The translations under genes and the position numbers were made by a program. Shown here piece by piece: positions 20,014 through 28,700 of a DNA stretch of 64,000 nt. This stretch comes from Bacteroidia bacterium (GTDB taxonomy: Bacteria > Bacteroidota > Bacteroidia > AKYH767-A > OLB10): the NCBI GenBank assembly GCA_046330075.1, contig JAXLTL010000001.1, positions 396,481-460,480 of the forward strand. The letters are read 5' to 3'. The notes under the pieces are model-generated. The model was given only the letters and a program-made list of their open reading frames with translations. It made no database searches and had not been told where the DNA came from. Each line of letters begins with the position of its first letter. Position 1 is the first letter of the stretch.

Positions 20014-20905
20014 ACTCTCTCTATTATCCGTTTTTATGTTGGCCCTGATCTTTCAGGCAGGCGCACAGGAACTGAACTGTACGGTTAGTGTCATCTCCCC
20101 CCGTATCCAATCGTCGGATAAACGCATCTTTACGACACTGCAGACGTCTATCATGGAGTTTATAAACAACACCAAATGGACGCAGGATAAATTCAAAAAT
20201 GAAGAAAAAATAGAGTGTAGTATACAGATCGAAATTGTGGAGCGCGTAAGTACGGATGAGTTTAAAGGAACGATCCAGGTTAGTGCACGTCGCCCCGTTT
20301 ATGGTACTTCTTATAATTCACCCTTGCTGAATTACAAGGATGATGATTTTAACTTCCGTTACGTAGAGTATCAGCCGCTGGAATATAACGATGGTCAGGT
20401 GAATCCAAATCTTGTTATGGTACTTGCGTATTATGCATATACGATTATCGGTTTTGATTACGATTCCTATTCTCCACTCGGAGGCTCACAATTTTTCGCG
20501 AAAGCACAGGCAATTGTAGCTAACAGTGCCAATGCCCCAGAACCCGGCTGGAAAGCGTTTGAAGGCCTTCGAAACCGTTACTGGCTGATGGAAAATATCA
20601 ATAATCCGATCTATAAACCCATCCGTCAGTTCTATTATGATATGCACCGAAAAGGTCTGGATATGATGAGCAAGAAACAGGATGAGTCGGTTCGGGCAAT
20701 AGCATCCAGCCTCGAAAAACTGCGCAGAGTACACAATGATAAACCTTTGTCGGTGTTCATGAAAACGCTGTTCGACGCAAAATCCGATGAAATGGTGAAC
20801 CTTTTTTCGGGTGCTCCGGCCGATGTGAAATCGACCGCTAAACAAACGCTCAGCGATATCGATCCGATCAATACGACCAAGTATCAGAAGATTACCGGCG
20901 GTTGA
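20006..20905 (+). CDS. DUF4835 family secreted protein
   Basis: Signal peptide and the conserved Bacteroidetes coaBC-DUF4835-recN neighbourhood. Overlaps the coaBC stop by 8 bp. Confidence 0.55.
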   Translation: MRKLSLLSVFMLALIFQAGAQELNCTVSVISPRIQSSDKRIFTTLQTSIMEFINNTKWTQDKFKNEEKIECSIQIEIVERVSTDEFKGTIQVSARRPVYGTSYNSPLLNYKDDDFNFRYVEYQPLEYNDGQVNPNLVMVLAYYAYTIIGFDYDSYSPLGGSQFFAKAQAIVANSANAPEPGWKAFEGLRNRYWLMENINNPIYKPIRQFYYDMHRKGLDMMSKKQDESVRAIASSLEKLRRVHNDKPLSVFMKTLFDAKSDEMVNLFSGAPADVKSTAKQTLSDIDPINTTKYQKITGG

Positions 20906-20960
20906 TTTCTTTTTTTTGACGAAGAAGCTTTATTCACGATTTTCGTAGAGTGAAAATGTT

Positions 20961-22622
20961 ATGCTGAAGCGATTACAGGTTAAAAATTATATCCTCATCG
21001 ATGAACTCGATATCAGCCTTGATAAAGGGTTGAGCATTATTACCGGTGAAACCGGTGCCGGAAAGTCCATTATCCTCGGCGCACTGGGCATGATGCTCGG
21101 TCAGCGGGCTGATGCCGGACTCCTCCTCAATAAGGAAAGGAAATGCATCATCGAAGGTACTTTTGATGTCTCTTCTTACGACCTCGAACCTTTTTTTCTC
21201 GAAAATGAACTCGATTTTGAAAGAGAATCTATCATCCGCCGGGAGATCAACAGCGACGGTAAATCGCGGGCGTTTATCAATGATACACCAGTAAATATCT
21301 CAACGCTCAAAGACCTTGCTTCCCGGTTGGTGGACATCCATAGCCAGCACGAAACTTTGTTGTTGTCGAACAGCCGCTTTCAGTTGAATGTTGTAGATGC
21401 CTACGCCGGAAATGTGAAACAGCTGCAGGCGTTCAAGGAGTTGTATAAGTCTTATAAATCGCTGAAGCTGGAACTCGACGAACTCATCGAAGCCGAGAGT
21501 AAAAGCCGCAGCGATCTCGATTATTTCCGCTTTCAGTTCAATGAACTCTCTTCACTCAGTCTGAAAGAAGGCGAACAGGAGGCGATGGAGCAGGAGCAGG
21601 AACGCCTCGAACATGCGGAGGAAATCCTCTCTCAGCTGGGAAAAGCAACCGGTGCCATCTATGGTGCTGATGATAATCTCGTTGCACAGATGCAGACCTT
21701 GCAGCAGGTGATTGCCGGACTCAAAAAATACGATGAGCTGTACGCGACCCAGGCCAACCGGATTCAGTCGCTGATCATCGAATTGAAGGATGTACACGAA
21801 GAACTGAGCGCTGCTGCCGATCATCTGCAGGTGGATCCCAACCGCCTTGAACAAATCAACGACCGGCTGAGTGCCATCTATAACCTGCAGAAAAAGCATC
21901 GTCTTTCATCCGTGGCCGAATTGATTTTGCTGCAGGATGAACTCGACGCGAAAATTCAGAATATCGGTTCACTGGAAGACCGGATTGCAGAAAAAACAAA
22001 GCACCTGGAACAGTGCAGAAAAGAACTGCTGAAAGCCGGTGAAACACTCTCTGCAACTCGTCGCGATGCTATTCCTGGGATCGAGAAAACCATCACCAAA
22101 CAACTCGCTTCCCTGGCTATGCCGCATGCGGTATTGCGCATTGCGATGCTGGAGGAGAAGGATGAGCAATGGTCGGCAGATGGAATGGAGAAAGTGCAGT
22201 TCCTCTTCTCCGCCAACAAGGGAATGGATTATAAAGAACTCTCGAAGGTTGCTTCCGGTGGAGAGATGTCAAGGTTGATGTTGTGCATCAAATCACTGAT
22301 GGCCGGACTTACCGCGATGCCAACCATTATTTTTGATGAGATCGATACAGGTATCTCCGGCGAAACAGCTGCCAAAGTTGGAGCCATCATGAAAGAGATG
22401 GCCCGTAAACATCAGGTGATCGCGATTACCCATCTACCGCAGATGGCGTCGAAGGGCGATGCACATTTCCTCGTGTACAAGGAAACGAAGAAAGGAACTA
22501 CACGCTCCTTCCTGCGTCCCCTCAACGATGATGAACGCATTCAGGAAATCGCACGGATGCTGTCCGGAGAAGAACTGACTGCTGCAGCCCTTGAAAATGC
22601 CCGTGAACTTCTTGGGCAATAA
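20961..22622 (+). CDS. recN: DNA repair protein RecN
   Basis: N-terminal Walker A (GETGAGKS); long coiled coil; C-terminal SMC signature and Walker B (IIFDEIDTGISG); 553 aa. Confidence 0.9.
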   Translation: MLKRLQVKNYILIDELDISLDKGLSIITGETGAGKSIILGALGMMLGQRADAGLLLNKERKCIIEGTFDVSSYDLEPFFLENELDFERESIIRREINSDGKSRAFINDTPVNISTLKDLASRLVDIHSQHETLLLSNSRFQLNVVDAYAGNVKQLQAFKELYKSYKSLKLELDELIEAESKSRSDLDYFRFQFNELSSLSLKEGEQEAMEQEQERLEHAEEILSQLGKATGAIYGADDNLVAQMQTLQQVIAGLKKYDELYATQANRIQSLIIELKDVHEELSAAADHLQVDPNRLEQINDRLSAIYNLQKKHRLSSVAELILLQDELDAKIQNIGSLEDRIAEKTKHLEQCRKELLKAGETLSATRRDAIPGIEKTITKQLASLAMPHAVLRIAMLEEKDEQWSADGMEKVQFLFSANKGMDYKELSKVASGGEMSRLMLCIKSLMAGLTAMPTIIFDEIDTGISGETAAKVGAIMKEMARKHQVIAITHLPQMASKGDAHFLVYKETKKGTTRSFLRPLNDDERIQEIARMLSGEELTAAALENARELLGQ

Positions 22623-22699
22623 GCAGAAAATCAGAAGTTTATATCTGTTGTGCCTATACTTGACAGAAAGCATTATTTTTGAACCCTAAATCAACCTAT

Positions 22700-23512
22700 A
22701 TGTCCAATTCACTGCTGAAAGGAAAAAGAGGAATCATCTTCGGTGCTCTTGATCCGAATTCAATCGCCTGGAAAGTTGCTGCTCGTGCGCATGAAGAAGG
22801 AGCTACCTTCACATTGACCAATGCTCCCGTGGCATTAAGAATGGGTGCCATCAACCAACTGGCCGAACAATGCAATGCAAAGGTGATTGGCGCAGATGCA
22901 ACGTCTAACGCAGATCTCGAAAATCTTTTTACTGAGTCGATGAATGTGCTCGGCGGTAAGGTCGATTTTGTGCTGCATTCGATCGGTATGTCGCCGAATG
23001 TCCGTAAAGGAAGAGCGTATACCGATCTCGACTATGAATTTTATCACAAGACGCTCGATATTTCTGCAATGTCCCTGCATCGTGTCTTGCAATCGGCAAT
23101 GAAGCTCGATGCGATCAGTGAGTGGGGGAGTGTGGTAGCGCTTACATATATCGCTGCTCAGCGTGTATTCCCGGATTATAACGATATGGCCGATGCGAAG
23201 TCAACACTCGAGTCGATTGCCCGCTCTTTCGGATATCATTACGGTAAGGCCCGCAAAGTGCGTATCAATACCATTTCTCAGTCGCCTACCAAAACGACAG
23301 CAGGACAGGGTGTGAAAGGATTCGATTCCTTCTACAACTACGCTGATGCGATCTCTCCGCTGGGCAATGCTTCCGCAGAAGCCTGTGCAGATTATTGCCT
23401 GACTCTTTTCTCCGATTTCACCCGTCACGTCACCATGCAGAACCTCTTCCACGATGGCGGTTTCTCTTATACCGGCGTTTCAAGAGAGGTGATGGATAAA
23501 TTCAGTTCCTGA
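22700..23512 (+). CDS. fabI: Enoyl-[acyl-carrier-protein] reductase (NADH), SDR family
   Basis: LKGKRGIIFGALDPNSIAWKVA glycine-rich NAD motif plus the Tyr/Lys catalytic region. Start set at the ATG at 22700; the ORF track uses an upstream TTG. Confidence 0.85.
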   Translation: MSNSLLKGKRGIIFGALDPNSIAWKVAARAHEEGATFTLTNAPVALRMGAINQLAEQCNAKVIGADATSNADLENLFTESMNVLGGKVDFVLHSIGMSPNVRKGRAYTDLDYEFYHKTLDISAMSLHRVLQSAMKLDAISEWGSVVALTYIAAQRVFPDYNDMADAKSTLESIARSFGYHYGKARKVRINTISQSPTKTTAGQGVKGFDSFYNYADAISPLGNASAEACADYCLTLFSDFTRHVTMQNLFHDGGFSYTGVSREVMDKFSS

Positions 23513-23532
23513 AAATCGAATAACGATAAATG

Positions 23533-23571
23533 AAACGAGGCTGCCCGATTGAGCAGCCTCGTTTGTTTTTT
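23533..23571 (+). terminator. Rho-independent terminator of fabI
   Basis: aaacgaggctgc-ccgattga-gcagcctcgttt followed by gtttttt. Confidence 0.75.
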
Positions 23572-23787
23572 AAAGCTATTACGTCACGCCTGTATAAAAA
23601 CAGGAGCGATTAATGCTTTAGAAATCTGGAGCTGGTAATAAAATACGAAATCTGATTGGTACACTGGTAATTCGTTTCTGCTTCTTTGCGTTTTCGCGCC
23701 TCTGCGAGAACCTTTGTATTCAATTAAGGAACGCGGATGAAGCGGATTATGCAGATCCGCCGTACGGTGTATCGCAGATTGATTATC

Positions 23788-23928
23788 GGTCCATGCAGGT
23801 CGCGACCTGCCACTACCATTTTTGTTCCTCTCGCTCCACAAACATCCTGAACGGGAAACCCCTCTTCAGCTGGAAATATAGATCCATGCAGGTCGCGACC
23901 TGCCACTACCATTTTGTTCCTCTCGCTC
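23788..23928. repeat. Two copies of a 48-bp direct repeat, each centred on the perfect 16-bp palindrome GCAGGTCGCGACCTGC; palindromes 93 bp apart
   Basis: 23790-23836 and 23883-23928 are near-identical (ccatgcaggtcgcgacctgccactaccatttttgttcctctcgctc). Confidence 0.8.
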
Positions 23929-23992
23929 AAAGAGCGATAGACTCCACTTCAACACTATAACTCCCGTCGGCTTTGCTGCGGGATTAACAGTT

Positions 23993-24048
23993 TAACTCTG
24001 TAGCTCTGCAACTCTGCAACTCTGCAACTCTGCAACTCTGCAACTCTC
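23993..24048. repeat. 8-bp tandem repeat (caactctg) x about 7, directly abutting the AIM24 stop codon
   Basis: aactctg tagctctg caactctg x4 caactctc; read directly from the sequence. Confidence 0.85.
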
Positions 24049-24049
24049 C

Positions 24050-24808
24050 TTACTCGTCTCCCGAAATAAATCCGCCAAGCAATCCGCCCAATCCGCGCGA
24101 TTCTTCACGTCCTCCGCCTACACGGGAAGCGGCAACAATACGGTCTGCGAGACGTGAGAACGGTACACTCTGCAGATATACGAGTCCCGGACCGGTCAGA
24201 TGAGCATAGAAGAGCCCTTCACCACCAAAGAGGGAGTTTTTAAATCCGCCGATGAATTTGATATCGTAATTCACACTGGGCTCAAATGCCACCAGACATC
24301 CGGTATCTACCCGCAGGGTTTCTCCTGCCGCCAGTTGTTTCTTCAGGATCGTTCCACCGGCATGTATGAAACAGTTGCCATCACCACTGAGTTCCTGCAA
24401 TATAAATCCTTCACCTCCGAACAAGCCCGCACCAATACGCTTGGTGAACGCCAGATTGATTTCAATACCCTGCGCTGCGCAGAGGAAACCATCTTTCTGG
24501 CAGAGGAAACGTCCGCCGAACTGAGCCGGATTGATCGGAATGATTTTACCCGGGTACGGAGCCGCAAACGCCATTTTACGTTTTTGAGAGCCGTTATTGG
24601 TAAAGGTGGTGATGAAGAAACTCTCACCCGTAATCATCCGCTTCAGGCCTTTCAACAGACCGCCACCGGTGCCGGTTTGCATTTCAATATCATTCTCCAT
24701 GTATAGCATGGCGCCGGCTTCCGCACGTACTGCTTCCTGCGGATCCATTTCAACTTCCACTACCTGGATGTCGTCGCCAATGATCTGATAATCGATTTCG
24801 TGTGCCAT
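24050..24808 (-). CDS. TIGR00266 / AIM24-family protein (DUF124)
   Basis: 252 aa with the conserved N-terminus MAHEIDYQIIGDDIQVVEVEMDPQEAVRAEAGAM and a Gly-rich C-terminal tail, typical of the AIM24 family. Confidence 0.75.
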   Translation of the reverse strand: MAHEIDYQIIGDDIQVVEVEMDPQEAVRAEAGAMLYMENDIEMQTGTGGGLLKGLKRMITGESFFITTFTNNGSQKRKMAFAAPYPGKIIPINPAQFGGRFLCQKDGFLCAAQGIEINLAFTKRIGAGLFGGEGFILQELSGDGNCFIHAGGTILKKQLAAGETLRVDTGCLVAFEPSVNYDIKFIGGFKNSLFGGEGLFYAHLTGPGLVYLQSVPFSRLADRIVAASRVGGGREESRGLGGLLGGFISGDE

Positions 24809-24997
24809 AGTTGTTTTTTAATGGTTGCAAATGTACTATTTCAGCAGCCTGAAACAGGGGGCAAAGATGCACCGAAATCTTGTTTCGGTATATAAAATTC
24901 TGCCGAAGTGTGGGAGGGAAGCGACGGATTGTCGGTTTTATGGAATGTAAACCCGGCAATACTTGCCAACCGCTTGCGTTCTTTGTACATTAGCAAC

Positions 24998-25342
24998 ATG
25001 GGGATGAAAAAAATCTGTTTATTGGCAGGACTGCTGCTCGGCATGGCAACTTTGGAAAACGTGCAGGCGCAATCGCTCAAACAGGATACTTTGTTTGTTC
25101 CCGATCAGTTGCGTCAGTATCAGTTCCAGCTCGAGCAGGAAGTGGATAAAATCGATGACCTGCGGTACGATAAAACCGGTGAACCCATCAAGGGAACGCT
25201 TTCTCCCGATAAAAAACGGGTGGTGATGGACAATTATAAAAAAGGCCAGCGCGTAAAATTTACCGTCACCTATCCCGACGGCCGCAGCGAAGAACTCACT
25301 AAAAGTCCCTGCTATATCGATCCCGTGACCTGGGAACTTTGA
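24998..25342 (+). CDS. Hypothetical small secreted protein
   Basis: Signal peptide MGMKKICLLAGLLLGMATLENVQAQ; about 114 aa; no recognisable domain. Confidence 0.5.
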   Translation: MGMKKICLLAGLLLGMATLENVQAQSLKQDTLFVPDQLRQYQFQLEQEVDKIDDLRYDKTGEPIKGTLSPDKKRVVMDNYKKGQRVKFTVTYPDGRSEELTKSPCYIDPVTWEL

Positions 25343-25474
25343 GGTTTTATCTGAATTTAGGTTCACACGAAGTAAGATTCAGTACAACATGATTTAAATA
25401 TATTTTCTTCTAACTCCCCCAGCCGAATCCATGAAAAACTCATTTTGAATCCTGTATTTCTCTACCTTTGATTC

Positions 25475-26998
25475 ATGACCTTCTTTCGTTACTTGTTTTT
25501 ATTGATGGTGATTGCGCCGGGAGGATTGATGGCGCAATACAACGGTAATTACTGGTGTTTTGGGGATAGTGTTATGATAAATTGGAGTAACCCTAACAAC
25601 CCTGTAATTGGGGCTTCTTCTTTTGATTTCCGAAACGGATCATCAAGTATTGCTGATTCTAACGGCATACTTTTATATACAGGTTATAATTACAATGTTC
25701 AACCAGTCAGACCCTCGGTTTGGAACAAATATAATAATGATATAAATGATTCAATACGGATCAAAGGTGGCCTTTGGTATCATGCCAGTTTATTTGTACC
25801 TGATCCTGGAAATGATTCAATTATTTATTTATTTACAATTGGTGTTACTCAAGCTGAACAGTACGGTCTATACTACTCCAAAATCAACTATAAAGCGAAC
25901 AATGATTCAGGAATAGTCATTCAGAAAAATGTGCAGCTCAATAATTTTCCGGCATTTGACGCCCTCATGGCTGTACGGCATGGGAACGGACGGGATTGGT
26001 GGTTGATTTTTCAGAGATGGTATACCAATAATACGGCAACATCAGCTTTTTACCTTTATTATATTTCTGACACAGGAATCAGTGGCCCAAGTATTCAAAA
26101 CACAGGATCTCTTAGAAGGTGTAATGGCGGACAATTAGTATTCTCGTCCAATGCCGATAAATTCGCTCAGGTAAGTATTCGTGGTATGATCGAACTATAC
26201 ACCTTCGATCGTTGTACAGGCACGATTACTTCAACAATATCTATTGAACAAGAACCTGCTGTTGCTCCTTACCCGCATTGGTATGCCAGTTGTGCTTTTT
26301 CACCGGATGATTCAAAGTTATATGTAGCAGAATACTCGCAAACCAGTTCACCATCTTATTTATGGCAGTTTGATTTAATGTCTGCGAATATACCCGCGAG
26401 CAAAACTGTGATTGACTCATTCGTTGATCCTGATATGGGAATAGCGCAACTTCGCTTGGCTCCCGATAATAAAATATATTTATCCGCCTCAGATGAAGGT
26501 TTTCCATGGCCTTACCCAGATACCATCACTGCATTCACCACCATCAACAACAACCTCAGTGTCATCAACTACCCGGATAGCCTGGGAGCTGCCTGCGACT
26601 TTCAACCGTTCAGTTTTAATTTAGGAGCGGGTAGAACCTACTACGGCCTCCCCAATAACCCCGATTATGAGCTGGGCGCCTGGGTGGGGAGTCCCTGTGA
26701 TACGTTATCTGTGGGCCTCACCCTCGGCCCCGCAGAGGAGAAGGGAGCCTGGATGCAGGCATGGTATAACCACGAATGGAACATGATTCACGTGAATGCG
26801 GCGCAGTTGAAAGGAAAGAAAGGGATGCTGCGGTTACTTGATATCGAAGGCAGAATCGTTTTCGAAAAACCGGCGGAGGTGTTAGCGGGAGGGTATTATA
26901 CGACGGAGATTTATATGAATGAAATTTCGGATGGGGTTTATGTTGTCAATCTCATTACTGACAAGGAAACATTATCGTTCAAGACTGGGAAATTTTAG
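25475..26998 (+). CDS. Secreted protein of unknown function with T9SS type-A C-terminal sorting domain; the expressed copy at the head of a CTD cassette array
   Basis: Signal peptide, an approximately 430-aa body, and a C-terminal Por_Secre_tail (NMIHVNAAQLKGKKGMLRLLDIEGRIVFEKPAEVLAGGYYTTEIYMNEISDGVYVVNLITDKETLSFKTGKF). Confidence 0.85.
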   Translation: MTFFRYLFLLMVIAPGGLMAQYNGNYWCFGDSVMINWSNPNNPVIGASSFDFRNGSSSIADSNGILLYTGYNYNVQPVRPSVWNKYNNDINDSIRIKGGLWYHASLFVPDPGNDSIIYLFTIGVTQAEQYGLYYSKINYKANNDSGIVIQKNVQLNNFPAFDALMAVRHGNGRDWWLIFQRWYTNNTATSAFYLYYISDTGISGPSIQNTGSLRRCNGGQLVFSSNADKFAQVSIRGMIELYTFDRCTGTITSTISIEQEPAVAPYPHWYASCAFSPDDSKLYVAEYSQTSSPSYLWQFDLMSANIPASKTVIDSFVDPDMGIAQLRLAPDNKIYLSASDEGFPWPYPDTITAFTTINNNLSVINYPDSLGAACDFQPFSFNLGAGRTYYGLPNNPDYELGAWVGSPCDTLSVGLTLGPAEEKGAWMQAWYNHEWNMIHVNAAQLKGKKGMLRLLDIEGRIVFEKPAEVLAGGYYTTEIYMNEISDGVYVVNLITDKETLSFKTGKF

Positions 26999-27313
26999 TT
27001 ACTGGATCATCTTTCGTTTTAAACGCGGTGAGCGCGGCGGTTACGCGGTGAGCGCAACGAAATGAAATCCCGGCCCTCAGCATATCCGGTTTTTTGAGTG
27101 AAGGTAGTGGCGGAAAAGTTCGAGGGTAGCTCCGAATGAAATGAGGAGATCCCCCGAGAACCCGCCACGGACAAGCTCAAAAAATTCCGCGAAAGCGGAA
27201 AGGATATGGTGCAGGCCTTGATCTTTTTGGTTACCCTGAAGCAGAACGAAGTACGCTTCAGGGTAACTGGGGGTTTGGGGGCAAAGCCCCCTTGGTATGC
27301 CCAAGAATGAAGA

Positions 27314-27529
27314 ATGATTCACATGAATGCGGCGCAGTTGATAGGAAAGAAAGGGGTGTTGCGGTTGCTGGATATCGAAGGCAGAATCGTTTTCGAAAAA
27401 CCGGCGGAGGTGTTGGCAGGCGGTTATTATACGACGGAGATTTATATGAATGAAATTTTGGATGGGGTTTATGTTGTCAATCTCATTACTGACAAGGAAA
27501 CATTATCGTTCAAGACTGGGAAATTTTAG
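27314..27529 (+). other. Orphan T9SS-CTD cassette 2 (intact 71-aa ORF with its own ATG; in-frame TGA immediately upstream)
   Basis: MIHMNAAQLIGKKGVLRLLDIEGRIVFEKPAEVLAGGYYTTEIYMNEILDGVYVVNLITDKETLSFKTGKF, 7 aa different from the gene-borne CTD. Confidence 0.5.
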
Positions 27530-27836
27530 TTACTGGATCATCTTTCGTTTTAAACGCGGTGAGCGCGGCGGTTACGCGGTGAGCGCAACGAAATGAAATC
27601 CCGGCCCTCAGCATATCCGGTTTTTTGAGTGAAGGTAGTGGCGGAAAAGTTCGAGGGTAGCTCCGAATGAAATGAGGAGATCCCCCGAGAACCCGCCACG
27701 GACAAGCTCAAAAAATTCCGCGAAAGCGGAAAGGATATGATGCAGGCCTTGATCTTTTTGGTTACTTTTTCTATCAAGAGAAAAAGTGACTGGGGGTTTG
27801 GGGGCAAAGCCCCCTTGGTATGCCCAAGAATGAAGA

Positions 27837-28052
27837 ATGATTCACATGAATGCGGCGCAGTTGAAGGGAAGGAAAGGAATGTTGAGGTTATTTGATATCG
27901 AAGGCAGAATAGTTTTCGAAAAACCAGCGGAGGTGGTGGCAGGCGGTTATTATACGACGGAGATTTATATGAATGAGATGGCTACTGGTGTGTACATTGT
28001 GCAGCTTGTTACGGAGAAAGAGACGTTGTCGTTTAAGACTAGTAAATTCTAG
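27837..28052 (+). other. Orphan T9SS-CTD cassette 3 (intact 71-aa ORF, more divergent)
   Basis: MIHMNAAQLKGRKGMLRLFDIEGRIVFEKPAEVVAGGYYTTEIYMNEMATGVYIVQLVTEKETLSFKTSKF. Confidence 0.5.
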
Positions 28053-28640
28053 TTACAGGATCATCTTTCGTTTTAAACGCGGTGAGCGCGGCGGTTACGC
28101 GGTGAGCGCAACGAAATGAAATCCCGGCCCTCAGCATATCCGGTTTTTTGAGTGAAGGTAGTGGCGGAAAAGTTCGAGGGTAGCTCCGAATGAAATGAGG
28201 AGATCCCCCGAGAACCCGCCACGGACAAGCTCAAAAAATTCCGCGAAAGCGGAAAGGATATGGTGCAGGCCTTGATCTTTTTGGTTACTTTTTCTATCAA
28301 GAGAAAAAGTAACCAGGGGTTAAAGGGGACAGCGTCCCCTTGGAGTGTTTACAAATGGAGAATGCTGAACGCAGTGAAAAGATTTGCAGAATTTTGAAAG
28401 CGGGGTTTATATGGTCAACCTGGTCACGGATCGGGAGACGTTGTCGTTTAAGACGATGAAATTCTAGTTACAGGAGCATTTGTCGGTTTAAACGCAGCGA
28501 AAACGGCGACTCGCAACGGACGCAGGGAAATCTTCATAACATTAAAAACATTTTAACCATTTAACATTTTAACTCCCGCCTTGCGGGATATAACACTTAT
28601 AACACTTATAACATTTAAAACATTTATAACATTTATAACA

Positions 28641-28682
28641 AAAAAAAACGTCCATCCGCAAAGGCGGATGGACGTTTTTTTT
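28641..28682. terminator. Perfect-hairpin bidirectional terminator downstream of the DUF4139 gene
   Basis: aaaaaaaaacgtccatccgc-aaa-ggcggatggacgtttttttt: a 12-bp perfect stem with an A-run and a T-run. Confidence 0.8.
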
Positions 28683-28700
28683 AACAGTTATACTTGATTT

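Larger units (their letters stand above)
26784..28466 (+). repeat. Tandem array of 3 full plus 1 truncated repeat units (period about 523-530 bp), each encoding a T9SS C-terminal sorting domain followed by a conserved roughly 300-bp non-coding spacer
   Basis: Unit starts (atgattcacRtgaatgcggcgcag) at 26784, 27314 and 27837. A degenerate fourth copy ends in ...GVYMVNLVTDRETLSFKTMKF* at 28466. The spacers share acgcggtgagcgcggcggttacgcggtgagcgcaacg and a gggggcaaagccccc hairpin. Confidence 0.9.

Noticed and set aside
23584-23930. ORFs 23584-23841 (-) and 23724-23930 (-) encoding a duplicated MVVAGRDLHG peptide
   Set aside because: The duplication is simply the 48-bp palindromic repeat translated. 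The region is better explained as a non-coding repeat-bearing convergent intergenic space.
27077-28300. Minus-strand ORFs inside the cassette spacers (27077-27322, 27550-27807, 28073-28300)
   Set aside because: They are the same spacer sequence read in shifted frames in different copies (indels break frame conservation). This argues the spacer is non-coding DNA/RNA rather than a small protein gene.
26784-28466. Diversity-generating retroelement (template/variable repeat) explanation for the CTD copies
   Set aside because: Differences between copies are not confined to adenine positions, and there is no reverse transcriptase or accessory gene anywhere nearby.
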